From Candidatus Latescibacterota bacterium (GTDB lineage Bacteria > Latescibacterota > UBA2968 > UBA8231): a stretch of 64,000 nt of DNA. Of the stretch, positions 30,330-39,864 are shown one piece after another. Within the stretch, counting starts at the first letter, position 1, and every line of letters begins with the position of its first letter. The position numbers and the translations under genes were made by a program. The stretch spans positions 1,568,001-1,632,000 of the forward strand of contig CBDCXV010000011.1 of assembly GCA_965223905.1 (NCBI GenBank), given 5' to 3'. The notes under the pieces were generated by a model that made no database searches, had not been told where the DNA came from, and was given only the letters and a program-made list of their open reading frames with translations.

Positions 30330-30500
30330 AGGCGCCCGGCTCGCAAGGCGCCTGAGGGAGTCGTACCGGGGGTGTACGGGCGAGCGAAGGCAACGCGGCG
30401 AGACGGGATTGAGGGAAAAAATCGCACAGGATGAGGTTCCATTTAAAACCGCGGTTTTTCCCTCCAATGGATCGGCGCCGGAAATCGCAAGGGATTCCTG
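30330..30500. repeat. Intergenic repeat with central inverted repeat, copy 1
   Basis: GAGGGAAAAAATCGC (30411)...GCGGTTTTTCCCTC (30464); reverse complement of ~56600..56770; outer limits approximate. Confidence 0.7.
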
Positions 30501-30510
30501 GGACGCGACA

Positions 30511-31563
30511 CTATTCCTCGACTTCCACCCCCAGCTTCTTCGCGGTCGCGACCACGCTCTCCCAGATGTCGTCGGCCACCGGTATCCCCTCCCGCTCCCG
30601 TTCCGCCTGCGCCCGCGTCTCCGGATCGCCGGGAGCCAGCACTTCGCTGTGCCCCGGGGCCGGCGCCACCTTGCGCAGCCGCCCCGCCATCTCCGCGGCG
30701 CTCGCCCGAAACTCCTCCAGCGGCCGGAACAGGTCCGCCCTGATCGCCAGGATGGTGGTGCCGTGGTGGCGCATGATGTCGGTACTGCGGTGATCCTCGG
30801 CCCAGGTGTCGCTGCCGGTCAGGATGCGGCTCAAGTACTCGACTGCCACGTTGAGGGCGTACCCCTTGTGCGCGGCGAACGGCAGCTGGGCGCCCCCTTC
30901 CTCGTAGGCCCGGGGATCGGTGGTCGGCCTGCCTTCCCGGTCGACGATGCACCCGGGGGGCAGCTGCTCCCCGCGACGGCTCGCGTTCAGGACCTTCACC
31001 CCCGATATCCCCGTGGTCGCGAAGTCGAACATCACCGGATCCGCTCCTTCGCCGACGGGGAAGCCCATGGCGACCGGGTTGGTGCTCAGCACCCGCTCCC
31101 GCCCGCCGAAGGGGGCGGCCACCGGCAGGATCTCGGAAAACCCTCCGGCGACGACGATGCCGACGCATCCCTTCGCCGCGGCCATCTCGACGAAGTGGCC
31201 GACGCGCCCGATGTGATTGCAGCGCACCGTGCCGACGGCCGCCATTCCCCGGTCGAGCGCCTTCTCCACGGCGATTTCGGTGGCCACCATGGCGGTGGTC
31301 TGCCCGAAGGTCCAGTTGCCGTCCACGAGCGCGGAGACCCCGGTCTCGCGGATGACCTGCGGCCAGTTCGCCGGCAGCAGCTGCTCCGCCAGGATCTGAT
31401 CGACGTAGAGCGGCAGGTGCCAGATGCCGTGGGTGTCGACGCCGCGCAGGTTGGACCGCACCTGGTGGTCGGCGAGACAGGAGGCGTTGCGCTCGTCCGC
31501 CCCGGCGGCGATGCAGATATCGAAAACCAGCTTGTGCAGCTTGTCAGCGGCTATGACGTGCAT
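30511..31563 (-). CDS. Ldh_2 family oxidoreductase
   Basis: RGVDTHG, NHIGR, STNP, FDFATT, AHKGY, PGDPE. Confidence 0.92.
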   Translation of the reverse strand: MHVIAADKLHKLVFDICIAAGADERNASCLADHQVRSNLRGVDTHGIWHLPLYVDQILAEQLLPANWPQVIRETGVSALVDGNWTFGQTTAMVATEIAVEKALDRGMAAVGTVRCNHIGRVGHFVEMAAAKGCVGIVVAGGFSEILPVAAPFGGRERVLSTNPVAMGFPVGEGADPVMFDFATTGISGVKVLNASRRGEQLPPGCIVDREGRPTTDPRAYEEGGAQLPFAAHKGYALNVAVEYLSRILTGSDTWAEDHRSTDIMRHHGTTILAIRADLFRPLEEFRASAAEMAGRLRKVAPAPGHSEVLAPGDPETRAQAEREREGIPVADDIWESVVATAKKLGVEVEE

Positions 31564-31591
31564 CCTGTGTCTCTCTCTTTCTTTCAGGGGG

Positions 31592-31638
31592 GCGGGCAGC
31601 AGGGCAACCGGGTGTGCGGGCAGCAGGGCAACCGGGTG
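31592..31638 (+). repeat. 24-bp tandem duplication
   Basis: GCGGGCAGCAGGGCAACCGGGTG(T) x2. Confidence 0.9.
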
Positions 31639-31730
31639 GTTTCACCGGAGGGACTCAGCGGGCTCGGACGGGCCCGGTAGGAGGCCGACGCGGCCTCATG
31701 GCGAGCTCCGTTCCCGCCTCCCCTTCCGCA

Positions 31731-31758
31731 TTGACGCGGCCCGGGGTCATCCTATGTT
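31731..31758 (+). promoter_or_regulatory. Candidate sigma70 promoter for the aldo/keto reductase
   Basis: TTGACG-16 nt-TATGTT. Confidence 0.4.
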
Positions 31759-31827
31759 CCGACGCGCCGCCGGCCCGGTGAAGTCATTCTCGTTTCTCCA
31801 ACAGGCCCAACGCGTTTCCGCATTTTG

Positions 31828-31889
31828 CAGCCGTTGAAAAAGTCCATCCGGGCTGCGGCCTCCTGCAGATCAACTTTATCGACGCGCTG
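31828..31889. repeat. Small MITE-like element, copy 2
   Basis: CAGCCGTTGAAAAAGTCCATCCGGGC...CAACTTTATCGACGCGCTG. Confidence 0.6.
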
Positions 31890-31903
31890 GCAAGGATGAA
31901 GGC

Positions 31904-32932
31904 ATGAAACTCAACGAGAGACAAGCGATCGGCAAACTCGGCCTGGAAGTGACCCGCATGGGGTTCGGCGGGGCCCCCTTCGGCAACCTCTTCAACCCGA
32001 TCTCCGAGGAGGACGTCGCCGACTGCCTCGAGGCGGCGTACGGCGCCGGTGTCCGCTACTTCGACACCGCCCCCCTCTACGGCTTCGGGCTCAGCGAGAG
32101 CCGCTACGGCGCCCACCTGGCGCGCCGGCGGGACGAGATCGTCCTGTCGACCAAGGTGGGCTACTCCCTGGTCCCGAGGGAAAGCGGCGATCCCGAGGAC
32201 GGCTTCTTCGTCGACCATCCACCGCTGAAATCGGTATTCGACTACTCCGCCGAGGCCGTGAAGCGCTCCCTCGGAGAAAGCCTCGAGCGCCTCCGCACCG
32301 ACCGCATCGACATCGTCTTCATCCACGACCCGGACGAGGGCATCAGCCTGCAGCCCGGCTTCGATCCTTACGCCGTCAGCCATTTCAGGGAGGCGATGGA
32401 GGAGACCTATCCGGTGCTCGACGAGCTGCGCTCGCAGGGGGTGATCCGGGCGGTCGGCGCCGGCATGAATCAGTGGCAGGTCCTGGCCGACTTCGCGCGC
32501 GCCGGCGATTTCGACTGCTTCCTGCTCGCCGGGCGCTACACCCTGCTCGAGCAGACGTCGCTGGAGGGGCTGCTGTCGCTCTGCGTGGAAAAAGGGGTGC
32601 GCATCGTCATCGGCGGCCCCTACAACTCGGGGGTCCTCGCTACCGGCGTGGTCGAAGGGGCGTACTACAACTACGCTCCCGCCCCGCTCCACATCCTCGG
32701 CCTCGTCGCCCGCATCGAGGCGGTCTGCGAACGGCACGGGGTGCGGCTGCCCGCCGCGGCCCTGCAGTTCCCGCTGGCGCACCCGGCCGTCGCCTGCGTC
32801 ATCCCCGGCGGCCGCACCCGCGCCGAAACCGAGGCCAACGCCGCCCTGCTCGAGGAGGAGATCCCGGCAGCGTTCTGGTCCGAGCTGCAGGAGCAGGGAC
32901 TGGTGGACCCGGCCGCGCCGCTGCCCTCCTGA
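31904..32932 (+). CDS. Aldo/keto reductase (D-threo-aldose 1-dehydrogenase-like)
   Basis: GFGGAPFGN, FDTAPLYG, STKVG, IHDPD, LLAGRYTLL. Confidence 0.92.
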   Translation: MKLNERQAIGKLGLEVTRMGFGGAPFGNLFNPISEEDVADCLEAAYGAGVRYFDTAPLYGFGLSESRYGAHLARRRDEIVLSTKVGYSLVPRESGDPEDGFFVDHPPLKSVFDYSAEAVKRSLGESLERLRTDRIDIVFIHDPDEGISLQPGFDPYAVSHFREAMEETYPVLDELRSQGVIRAVGAGMNQWQVLADFARAGDFDCFLLAGRYTLLEQTSLEGLLSLCVEKGVRIVIGGPYNSGVLATGVVEGAYYNYAPAPLHILGLVARIEAVCERHGVRLPAAALQFPLAHPAVACVIPGGRTRAETEANAALLEEEIPAAFWSELQEQGLVDPAAPLPS

Positions 32933-33240
32933 GCGGAGGCCGGGGCGCCCCGGAAAAAAACCCCTTCCCCTCGCCGCAGAAGTCGTCAGCCGGTCCGGTG
33001 AAGCCGCGGCGCCGATCAGGCGGAGGACCCGTCGAGAGAAACCGAATCGCGCGCCCCGCGGCCGGCCCGGTGGAAGTGAGTGCAGGCGATCCGGCCGGGG
33101 ACCCGGAGGAAAGCACGGGATCACGTTCCGTCGCGGCCGCCGCATAGGACCTTCTGCCGCTGCCGCTCCGAAACCTCGTTATCTTCCACCGACGCTGCCC
33201 GAACCTGACATAACCGCACCACCAACCCACGAAAGCCGCC

Positions 33241-34560
33241 ATGACCGTCGAAGCCCTGAAGAGCCTTGATCTCCGCCGAGAGGCCGCCCGCTACATGCCG
33301 GGCGGCGTCGGCGCCGCCGGCCGCATCAACTCCTGCCTCGGCTACGCCCTGCACATCCAGTCCGCGGAAGGCTGCCGCATCCGCGACGTCGACGGCAACG
33401 AGTACATCGACTTCAACCTCGCACACGGCGCCGCCTTCCTCGGATACAACCACCCGGCGACGAAACAGGCGATGGAGTCGGTTCTCGAAACCGGCATCCT
33501 GTGCGGGTACGAAACCGAGGCCCACGTCGAGCTGGCCCGCCGCATCACCGAGATCATCCCCTGCGCGGAAGGGGTGCGCTACGGCAACACCGGTTCGGAA
33601 GGGACGATGATCTGCGTGCGCCTGGCCCGCGCCCACACCGGCAAACGCAAGATCCTGAAGTTCTGGGGGCACTTTCACGGGCTCTACGACTACGTGATGT
33701 ACAACTCCCACTCGCCGCTCACCCCCGTAGAACCCGGCAGCCTGATACCGCCGCAGCGGGAATCGGCCGGCATGCCGGAGGTGCTCGACGACCTCGTCGT
33801 CGTCGTCCCGTGGAAGGACGAGGCCGCTCTCGAGCACGCCATGGAGAAGCACGGGGACGAGATCGGCGGCATCATCATGGAGCCCATCAACTACAACCAG
33901 GGCTGCATCGCCGCGGATGCCGGGTACATGCGCTTCGTCCGCGAGCAGGCCACGGCCAACGGCATCGCCCTCATCTACGACGAGACCCTGTCGGCCTTCC
34001 GCACCGGCCCGGGCTGCGCCCAGGGGTACTACGGCGTCACCCCCGACCTCTGCGTGCTCGGCAAGGCGGTCGCCAACGGCGGCGCCGTGGTCGTAATCGC
34101 GGGCAAGGCCGAGATAATGAACCAGGTGAACCCACAAGGGGAGGTTTGCCAGAGCGGGACCTTCACCGGGAACCCGCCGGCGATCAACTGCGCCCTCGCT
34201 TCCATCAACGAGATCACCAGCTTTGGTTTCTACGACCACATGGAGATGGCTTCGCAGCGGTTGTATGCAGGAATGGCGGAGATCTTCGACCGGGCAGGGG
34301 TTCCCGCACGCGTGCAGGGGCTGGGCGCCCGCTTCGGAATCTTCTTCGGATTCACCGATCCGGTGGAACGCTTCGACGACACCCTGAAGCGGGACCGCGA
34401 AATGGGCACGCGCTTCATCCGCGCCTGCGCCGACAGCGGCGTCTACTTCCACGACTACGGCGACCTGGTCGCCGGGCATCACGGCGTTTCGGCCTCCCAC
34501 TCCCTCGCCGATATCGACGAAGCCCTCAACCGCATCGAGGACGCCGTCGCCGCCATGTAG
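33241..34560 (+). CDS. Class III PLP aminotransferase (glutamate-1-semialdehyde aminomutase-like)
   Basis: MPGG, DVDGNEYID, NTGSEG, FHG, YDE..AFR, GKAVANG, GTFTGNP. Confidence 0.9.
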   Translation: MTVEALKSLDLRREAARYMPGGVGAAGRINSCLGYALHIQSAEGCRIRDVDGNEYIDFNLAHGAAFLGYNHPATKQAMESVLETGILCGYETEAHVELARRITEIIPCAEGVRYGNTGSEGTMICVRLARAHTGKRKILKFWGHFHGLYDYVMYNSHSPLTPVEPGSLIPPQRESAGMPEVLDDLVVVVPWKDEAALEHAMEKHGDEIGGIIMEPINYNQGCIAADAGYMRFVREQATANGIALIYDETLSAFRTGPGCAQGYYGVTPDLCVLGKAVANGGAVVVIAGKAEIMNQVNPQGEVCQSGTFTGNPPAINCALASINEITSFGFYDHMEMASQRLYAGMAEIFDRAGVPARVQGLGARFGIFFGFTDPVERFDDTLKRDREMGTRFIRACADSGVYFHDYGDLVAGHHGVSASHSLADIDEALNRIEDAVAAM

Positions 34561-34813
34561 TACAACCGCTCCGGATCGCCCTATCCGTGGGTAGCGGTAC
34601 TTTCCGGTCGCTCTCCTTCCACCTGCCGGGGCATTCCCGGAGTTCCACGGGTGGAAAACAAGGCCCCATTGTTTCCATGGGTGCCGAATTCGCCGTTCCT
34701 ACTTATATTTTCAAAATCAGCCGCTATTGTGTGCCGGATTCGCCAGGCGCTTATATGATTGTCACATTGGCCATTTAACCAACTTCAAACTCTTGATTTA
34801 AGGAAGGAGCTTC

Positions 34814-35242
34814 ATGCCTGACCTAGGTAAAGCATTCAGGGAAGAAATTTCGCGGGTGGCTGGCAAGGACCTGCGCGCTGCCGTAAACCAGCTGAACGAG
34901 CAAATCCGCAGCCTGCAGGGGGAGGTGTCGGAGCTTAAGTCGCAGATTGCCGGCAACCAGGGGACGACCGGCGAGCCATCCGGGCAGCCCGCAGGCGACG
35001 CCAAGCCGGCGTCCAAGGAGACAGTCAGCGTCAGAGTGACCCCGTCGTCGATCAAGAAGCACCGCAAACGGCTGCGCCTGTCGCAGGCCCAGATGGGCAA
35101 GCTGCTCGGAGTCAGTGCCATAACGATCTTGAACTGGGAGCAGGGCAAGTCGAAACCGCGCGCCGCCAACAGGGAAGCGATCGCCGAGCTGCGCACCATG
35201 AAACTGAAAGATGCCGAGCTGATGCTCGAGGGTATGAGCTAA
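34814..35242 (+). CDS. XRE-family HTH protein with N-terminal coiled coil
   Basis: RKRLRLSQAQMGKLLGVSAITILNWEQGKSKP; RBS AAGGAG. Confidence 0.88.
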   Translation: MPDLGKAFREEISRVAGKDLRAAVNQLNEQIRSLQGEVSELKSQIAGNQGTTGEPSGQPAGDAKPASKETVSVRVTPSSIKKHRKRLRLSQAQMGKLLGVSAITILNWEQGKSKPRAANREAIAELRTMKLKDAELMLEGMS

Positions 35243-35437
35243 AGAGGCAGCACGCCAACAACAGAACACCTCGCGGCTGACTATTCAGGTGTTTCTGTTT
35301 GTTCCTGGTTGGTGTTGGCACACGGCAGTTTCCAGTTGGGAGCCCCGCACGGCGGCTACGCTGGCTGCAGTCGGTATGTTTCGGATCCAGTTTCGCCCTT
35401 CACTCACCGAGTGGAGTCACAAACGGCAATGATCCTT

Positions 35438-35482
35438 CGGCAGTGAATTCGGGTGGCTTGGCCCCACCCGAATTCACTGCCG
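35438..35482. terminator. Perfect 19-bp hairpin between convergent genes (terminator or REP-like)
   Basis: CGGCAGTGAATTCGGGTGG-CTTGGCC-CCACCCGAATTCACTGCCG; no long U-tract. Confidence 0.55.
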
Positions 35483-35569
35483 TTCTGCCGACCCCGGAAG
35501 ATCCTCGCTCATCCCCCCTCGCTTCAGACCTGTGCAACCGCGGAACCGCCCGGGGGCGCAAACAGTCCT

Positions 35570-37228
35570 TCACTCTTCCCCTTTTCGAATCCACAAGCTC
35601 GCCGCTACCCGCCTTATTCGTTCGTCGCGCCATTCGACGTCGCTCCGGTAGCGGTCGCGTAACCCCTCGACGTACCTCTCGAACGCCTCCCTGTTCCTGG
35701 CCTGCCTGACCTGGTGCCGCAGGATCCGGGTCAGCTCCTCGAACGCGCGCGGCCTCCGGGGCAGCCGCTTTTCGACGCGCACGACCGCGAACCCGCCTTC
35801 GATTTCAAGCGGACCCAGAAGCGCTCCTTCTTCCGCTTCCCGGACGAGATCGAAGAGCCGTTCCCGTTTTTCCCCTTCCCCATCTTTCAGGTGTAAATGC
35901 CCGCCGGTTCCGTCGGCCCCCGGACGGATGCTGTGGTCCCGGGCCAACTTCTCCATGTCCGCGCCCGCCTCGATCCGCAGCCGCAGCGCGGCCGCGGCGG
36001 CCCGTGACTCGACCAGGATCTCTATCACCTCAACCGACGCCGGCAGCATGAACTCTCCCTTGACTTCCTCGTACCGGTCGCGCAGCTCCTCCTCCCCGGG
36101 AGGGCCGACCTGGTCCAAAACCTCCCGCCGCAGCCGGTCGATGAGCAGCTTCTTCTGCTCCAGCTCCAACGCCGACGCGAACTCCTCGGTTTGGTGAAGG
36201 CCGCGGCGCTCCGCTTCCAGCACCGCCAGGGTGTCGGCGATCACCCAGTAGCGGAGAGCCCTGGCGACTGAGACGCTGTCCACCAGGGCGGGGGGTTTCA
36301 TCCCCTTTCCCACCAGGATTCGTCCGGCCTCCTGCGCGGAGATCACCCTGTCGCCCCCCCAGGTCAGGGCCGGGTCCTCCAAGGCGAGCCCGGCCCGGGG
36401 ATCCTGCCGGCCCGCCCGCACCATCGCGACGACCGCTTCGGGGTGGTAGGCGACCGCGAATCTCTGTTCGAGCTCCTCGAGCCAGGCCTCGCGCCGCGCC
36501 ATGGCTTTGCGGCGCTTCAGGGCCGCGGCGACCGCCGCCCCTGCCTGCTCGATGGGGACAGGGACCGCATCGAGAACCTTGAGCAACTCGAAACCGCTTC
36601 CCGCGGCCAGCGGTCCGGCGATTTCGCCCGGCGACAGTCCGCGCACCGCCGCCCAGAGCTCCCGGGGCAGCTCTCCGGGCCCGAGGTAGCGCCCAAGGTC
36701 CCCACCCCCTTCTGCGTCCGGGGCGGTCGAGCGCTGCTTCGCCACCTCGGCGAAGTCCGCCCCCTCGCCCAGGGCGCGTGCGGCCTCTTCCGCCTCGGCT
36801 TTCGTAGCGCAGGAGATATGGGCGATCCGCAGCTTCACGTCCCATCCGTCCCGCCGGTACGCCGCCTCGATCTCCTCCTCCCCGACGGAGACGGAATCCC
36901 CCAAGGCCTCGGCGAGGACCTGTTCCCTGAGCCGCTTCACGTAGATTTTGCGGAGCGGCCTGACGATCTCGGGTTTTTCAGGGTACCCGACGGCCCTCGC
37001 CTCGGCGAGCATCAGCTCGCGGTCGACGAGGCTCCGGAGCAGATCGCGGACCGTCTCCTCGCGCGATTCGGCCGCGGCCGAATCCTGCCTCAGGCCGTCC
37101 GGCAGCCTCGACGCGAACTCGGCAAGCTCCCTCTCTCCAATGGGGACGTCCAGCACCCGCACCAGGGGTTCGTCGGCGGGCCCGCCACAGCCGGTCAGGA
37201 GGAGGAGCGCCGGCGCCGCCCGGGTCAC
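35570..37228 (-). CDS. Parvulin (PpiC)-type peptidyl-prolyl isomerase lipoprotein, SurA/PrsA-like, two rotamase domains
   Basis: Lipobox LTGC; IAHI..FAEVAKQRS..GGDLG and EILV..LARDHS..GGHL; GTG overlaps the upstream TGA. Confidence 0.88.
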   Translation of the reverse strand: MTRAAPALLLLTGCGGPADEPLVRVLDVPIGERELAEFASRLPDGLRQDSAAAESREETVRDLLRSLVDRELMLAEARAVGYPEKPEIVRPLRKIYVKRLREQVLAEALGDSVSVGEEEIEAAYRRDGWDVKLRIAHISCATKAEAEEAARALGEGADFAEVAKQRSTAPDAEGGGDLGRYLGPGELPRELWAAVRGLSPGEIAGPLAAGSGFELLKVLDAVPVPIEQAGAAVAAALKRRKAMARREAWLEELEQRFAVAYHPEAVVAMVRAGRQDPRAGLALEDPALTWGGDRVISAQEAGRILVGKGMKPPALVDSVSVARALRYWVIADTLAVLEAERRGLHQTEEFASALELEQKKLLIDRLRREVLDQVGPPGEEELRDRYEEVKGEFMLPASVEVIEILVESRAAAAALRLRIEAGADMEKLARDHSIRPGADGTGGHLHLKDGEGEKRERLFDLVREAEEGALLGPLEIEGGFAVVRVEKRLPRRPRAFEELTRILRHQVRQARNREAFERYVEGLRDRYRSDVEWRDERIRRVAASLWIRKGEE

Positions 37229-39864
37229 AGCTGGACCCCGGCATATATGGTGATGAAGCTCCGCGTCGTCACTTCCGGCCTGAGTCCCTCGGGGTCCGTG
37301 CGCACCAGCTCGAAACCGAAGGTCGTCATCAGGTCGTAGCCCATGTACGCGGAGGCGTTGCGCAGCTGCACCGCGGTCGTCAGCCCGGTCGAGCTGTCCT
37401 CGCTGTCGGGCGGAGGCGGGTCCCGCAGCTGCCTGAAGATCTCGTACTCGAGGCCCAGCTCGACGAAGCTCTTCCGCATCACCGGAAAGCGCAGCATCGC
37501 CATGAACAGCTCGGTCAGCTCGCGGCGCTTGAACTCGTCGGCGAACACCGGCACCTGGCGCCGGAACTCGCTCTTCCAGCGCGGCACCAGGGTCCAGCGG
37601 CCGAGCTCGAGGGTGTACTCCGCCTTGTTGATCAGGCCCAGGAAGGAGCCGTCCCGCCGCGTCCTTCGCAGGCGCAGCTCGAGGTCGTCGTCGAGCTGGT
37701 GGTAACGCTGCCATTTCAGTTTGTGAGTCAGCCTGATCCCGGCGGGAATCCGGTGGTAGAACCCGAGCCAGGTGGTGTTGATCCAGGTGTTCCTCGCCGG
37801 CAGCCGGTCCACTACCAGCTGCAGGGCTCCGCGCGTCCCCGCCGGCTGCCGCCACTGCAGGAGATCGTCGGCGATCGTGTCCCTGACCCGGCGCAGATCC
37901 TGAAAAACCAGGAGGCGGCCCCAGCGGGGGTGGTCCCGCTCTCCTGCCAGCGTGAGGTACGACGCCTCGGTGACGCGGTCGTCGGTCAGCTGATCCATCT
38001 GCAGGCGCCCGATCATCAGGCGCGAGTCCGGACCGAGGTTGGCCCCGCCGAACAGGTTGAAACCCTCGCGGTCCCGCTTGTACGGGTAGTCCGGCTCCTC
38101 GTCGTTCTCGAAGCGGTCGACGACGGCGTTGTGGTTCATGTCGACGCCGTAGAGGAACTCCGGGCGGTCGGCGTGGAAACGCAGGAACGGCTCCTCGTAG
38201 TCGGGAATCAGGTTGGGGCGGTCCTCGTTGTCGTTCTGGTTGAAGTCGGAGATGAAGTCGTTGTTCTCGTCCCAGCCCGGGAACACCTCGTCGTCGCCGG
38301 CCCCCCAGCCCTTGCGCCGCCAGTCCGGCCGCCGGTCCTGGTCGTCGTTGTCCTCTACCATCTCGTAGAGCTCGAAATCGTTCCCGAAGGCGAGCACCCC
38401 GGTCTCGTCCGAGGTGACGAACGAGGTCGAGTAGCGCGGCGAGACGCTGAAAAGCTCGACGAAACCGAACCAGGGCAGGGCCGTCTTCGACAGGTTGGCC
38501 ATCCAGGCCAGCGCCTGGCTGCTCGCCGAGTGGTGGCTCTTCAGTCCGGGGTTGGGGTACTGGCGGAACTGGTGGTTGACGTCGATCTCGGCGTACCCCT
38601 TGAACCCGTGCAGTTCGGCGACCTCGAGGGTGAACCCGGCGATCTGGTTGGCCGTCGGCAGGCCGTAGTCGAGCGCCAGCACGCGCTGGTTGGAGCCGTC
38701 CTTGACGTTGCCCGACGCCTGCGCCGCCGGCAGAAAGACCCGCTGGTCCCGGTCGTTGTACTGGCGGTCGGACGACATCTCGATCAGGTAGTCGTTGGCG
38801 ACCACCAGTTCCACCTGGACCTGTTCGATGTCCGTGGTGCTCGGACCGATGTAGCTGACGTCGGTGAAGTCGTAGCGCAGCTGGATCTCCTCGGTGCCGT
38901 CGGCGGAGAGATAGCCGCGGCGCTCGAAGCCGCCGTCGACGAAGGGACGGAACCCGATCTCGCTACCGCGCACCTCGTTCCCCTCTACGTCCCGGATGAG
39001 GATGTCGCTGGAGAAGAAGGCGCCGCCCCCCTCGTTGTCCTCGGGGGAGTCGTCCTTTATCGCCACGGCGATCTCCGTCACCGGGGCGAAGTTCATCGCC
39101 TCGGTCAACTGCCCCTGGAAGATGTCGCCGTTGACCGCCTCGAGCTGGGACTGCGAGTGGTGGGAGTTGACGTAGGTGCCGCCGATGCGGGCGAAGTCGC
39201 CGACCTGGGCGACCACCCTGCCGCCGAAGAGGTTGGTGTTGTTGGTCCGCGCCTCCGCGGCGAATCCCGACAAGTTGGGGGCGCTGGCACGCGACATCAG
39301 CACCGTGGCCTCGTACTTGTCGGAGGAGAAATCCCACTGGACGCCGTTGAACAGCGGCTTGGAGAAGGTCATCGGAGTCAGGGTGGTGCGGATCCGGCTG
39401 CCCACGGTGATCGCGTAGTGGTACTGCCCCTTGTGGTCGGCGGCGACGACGAGGTTGTTGAACCAGAAGTTGAACTCCCTGCTCTTTTCGAGGGTGCTGC
39501 CGAACGGCTGCGGATTGCGCTGCCGCCAGTCGTAGATCAGCCACCCCCGCGTCAGGTAGTTGCCGTACACGTCGTAGAAGTACTCCCCCTCGAGGGCGGT
39601 GCCGACGTAGCGCTGGTACTGGCGCCGCGAGTAGTTGGAGTACTCCCGCTGGCGCCACTGGTACTCGACGTACAGCTCCTGGGGCACGTACCACTTGTGC
39701 ACCGCCGGATCGAGGGCGTCGGTGAGAATCCCCGGGCCGGTCGGCTCGAAGGTCACCCGTCCCCCTCGCGTCACCGTTCCCAGGCGGGCGCCGAACTCCT
39801 GGGCCTCGAGGCCGGCTGCGGCCAGCAGCAGACCGGCCGCGAAAATGAGAATCGGACGTGTCAT
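37225..39864 (-). CDS. Large exported protein, putative outer-membrane beta-barrel (paralog B2)
   Basis: Signal peptide ..LEA/QE; many amphipathic strands; C-terminus FITIYAGVQL; paralog of 41903..44578. Confidence 0.82.
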   Translation of the reverse strand: MTRPILIFAAGLLLAAAGLEAQEFGARLGTVTRGGRVTFEPTGPGILTDALDPAVHKWYVPQELYVEYQWRQREYSNYSRRQYQRYVGTALEGEYFYDVYGNYLTRGWLIYDWRQRNPQPFGSTLEKSREFNFWFNNLVVAADHKGQYHYAITVGSRIRTTLTPMTFSKPLFNGVQWDFSSDKYEATVLMSRASAPNLSGFAAEARTNNTNLFGGRVVAQVGDFARIGGTYVNSHHSQSQLEAVNGDIFQGQLTEAMNFAPVTEIAVAIKDDSPEDNEGGGAFFSSDILIRDVEGNEVRGSEIGFRPFVDGGFERRGYLSADGTEEIQLRYDFTDVSYIGPSTTDIEQVQVELVVANDYLIEMSSDRQYNDRDQRVFLPAAQASGNVKDGSNQRVLALDYGLPTANQIAGFTLEVAELHGFKGYAEIDVNHQFRQYPNPGLKSHHSASSQALAWMANLSKTALPWFGFVELFSVSPRYSTSFVTSDETGVLAFGNDFELYEMVEDNDDQDRRPDWRRKGWGAGDDEVFPGWDENNDFISDFNQNDNEDRPNLIPDYEEPFLRFHADRPEFLYGVDMNHNAVVDRFENDEEPDYPYKRDREGFNLFGGANLGPDSRLMIGRLQMDQLTDDRVTEASYLTLAGERDHPRWGRLLVFQDLRRVRDTIADDLLQWRQPAGTRGALQLVVDRLPARNTWINTTWLGFYHRIPAGIRLTHKLKWQRYHQLDDDLELRLRRTRRDGSFLGLINKAEYTLELGRWTLVPRWKSEFRRQVPVFADEFKRRELTELFMAMLRFPVMRKSFVELGLEYEIFRQLRDPPPPDSEDSSTGLTTAVQLRNASAYMGYDLMTTFGFELVRTDPEGLRPEVTTRSFITIYAGVQL

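Noticed and set aside
30411-30464. Invertible (phase-variable) segment between 14-bp IRs
   Set aside because: The flanks also match the 56.6 kb copy in reverse orientation, so the whole element is inverted rather than only the core; no recombinase is nearby.
33241-34560. Calling the aminotransferase hemL
   Set aside because: Divergent motifs (GGVGAAGR rather than GGVNSPVR) and no haem genes nearby; more likely a paralog.
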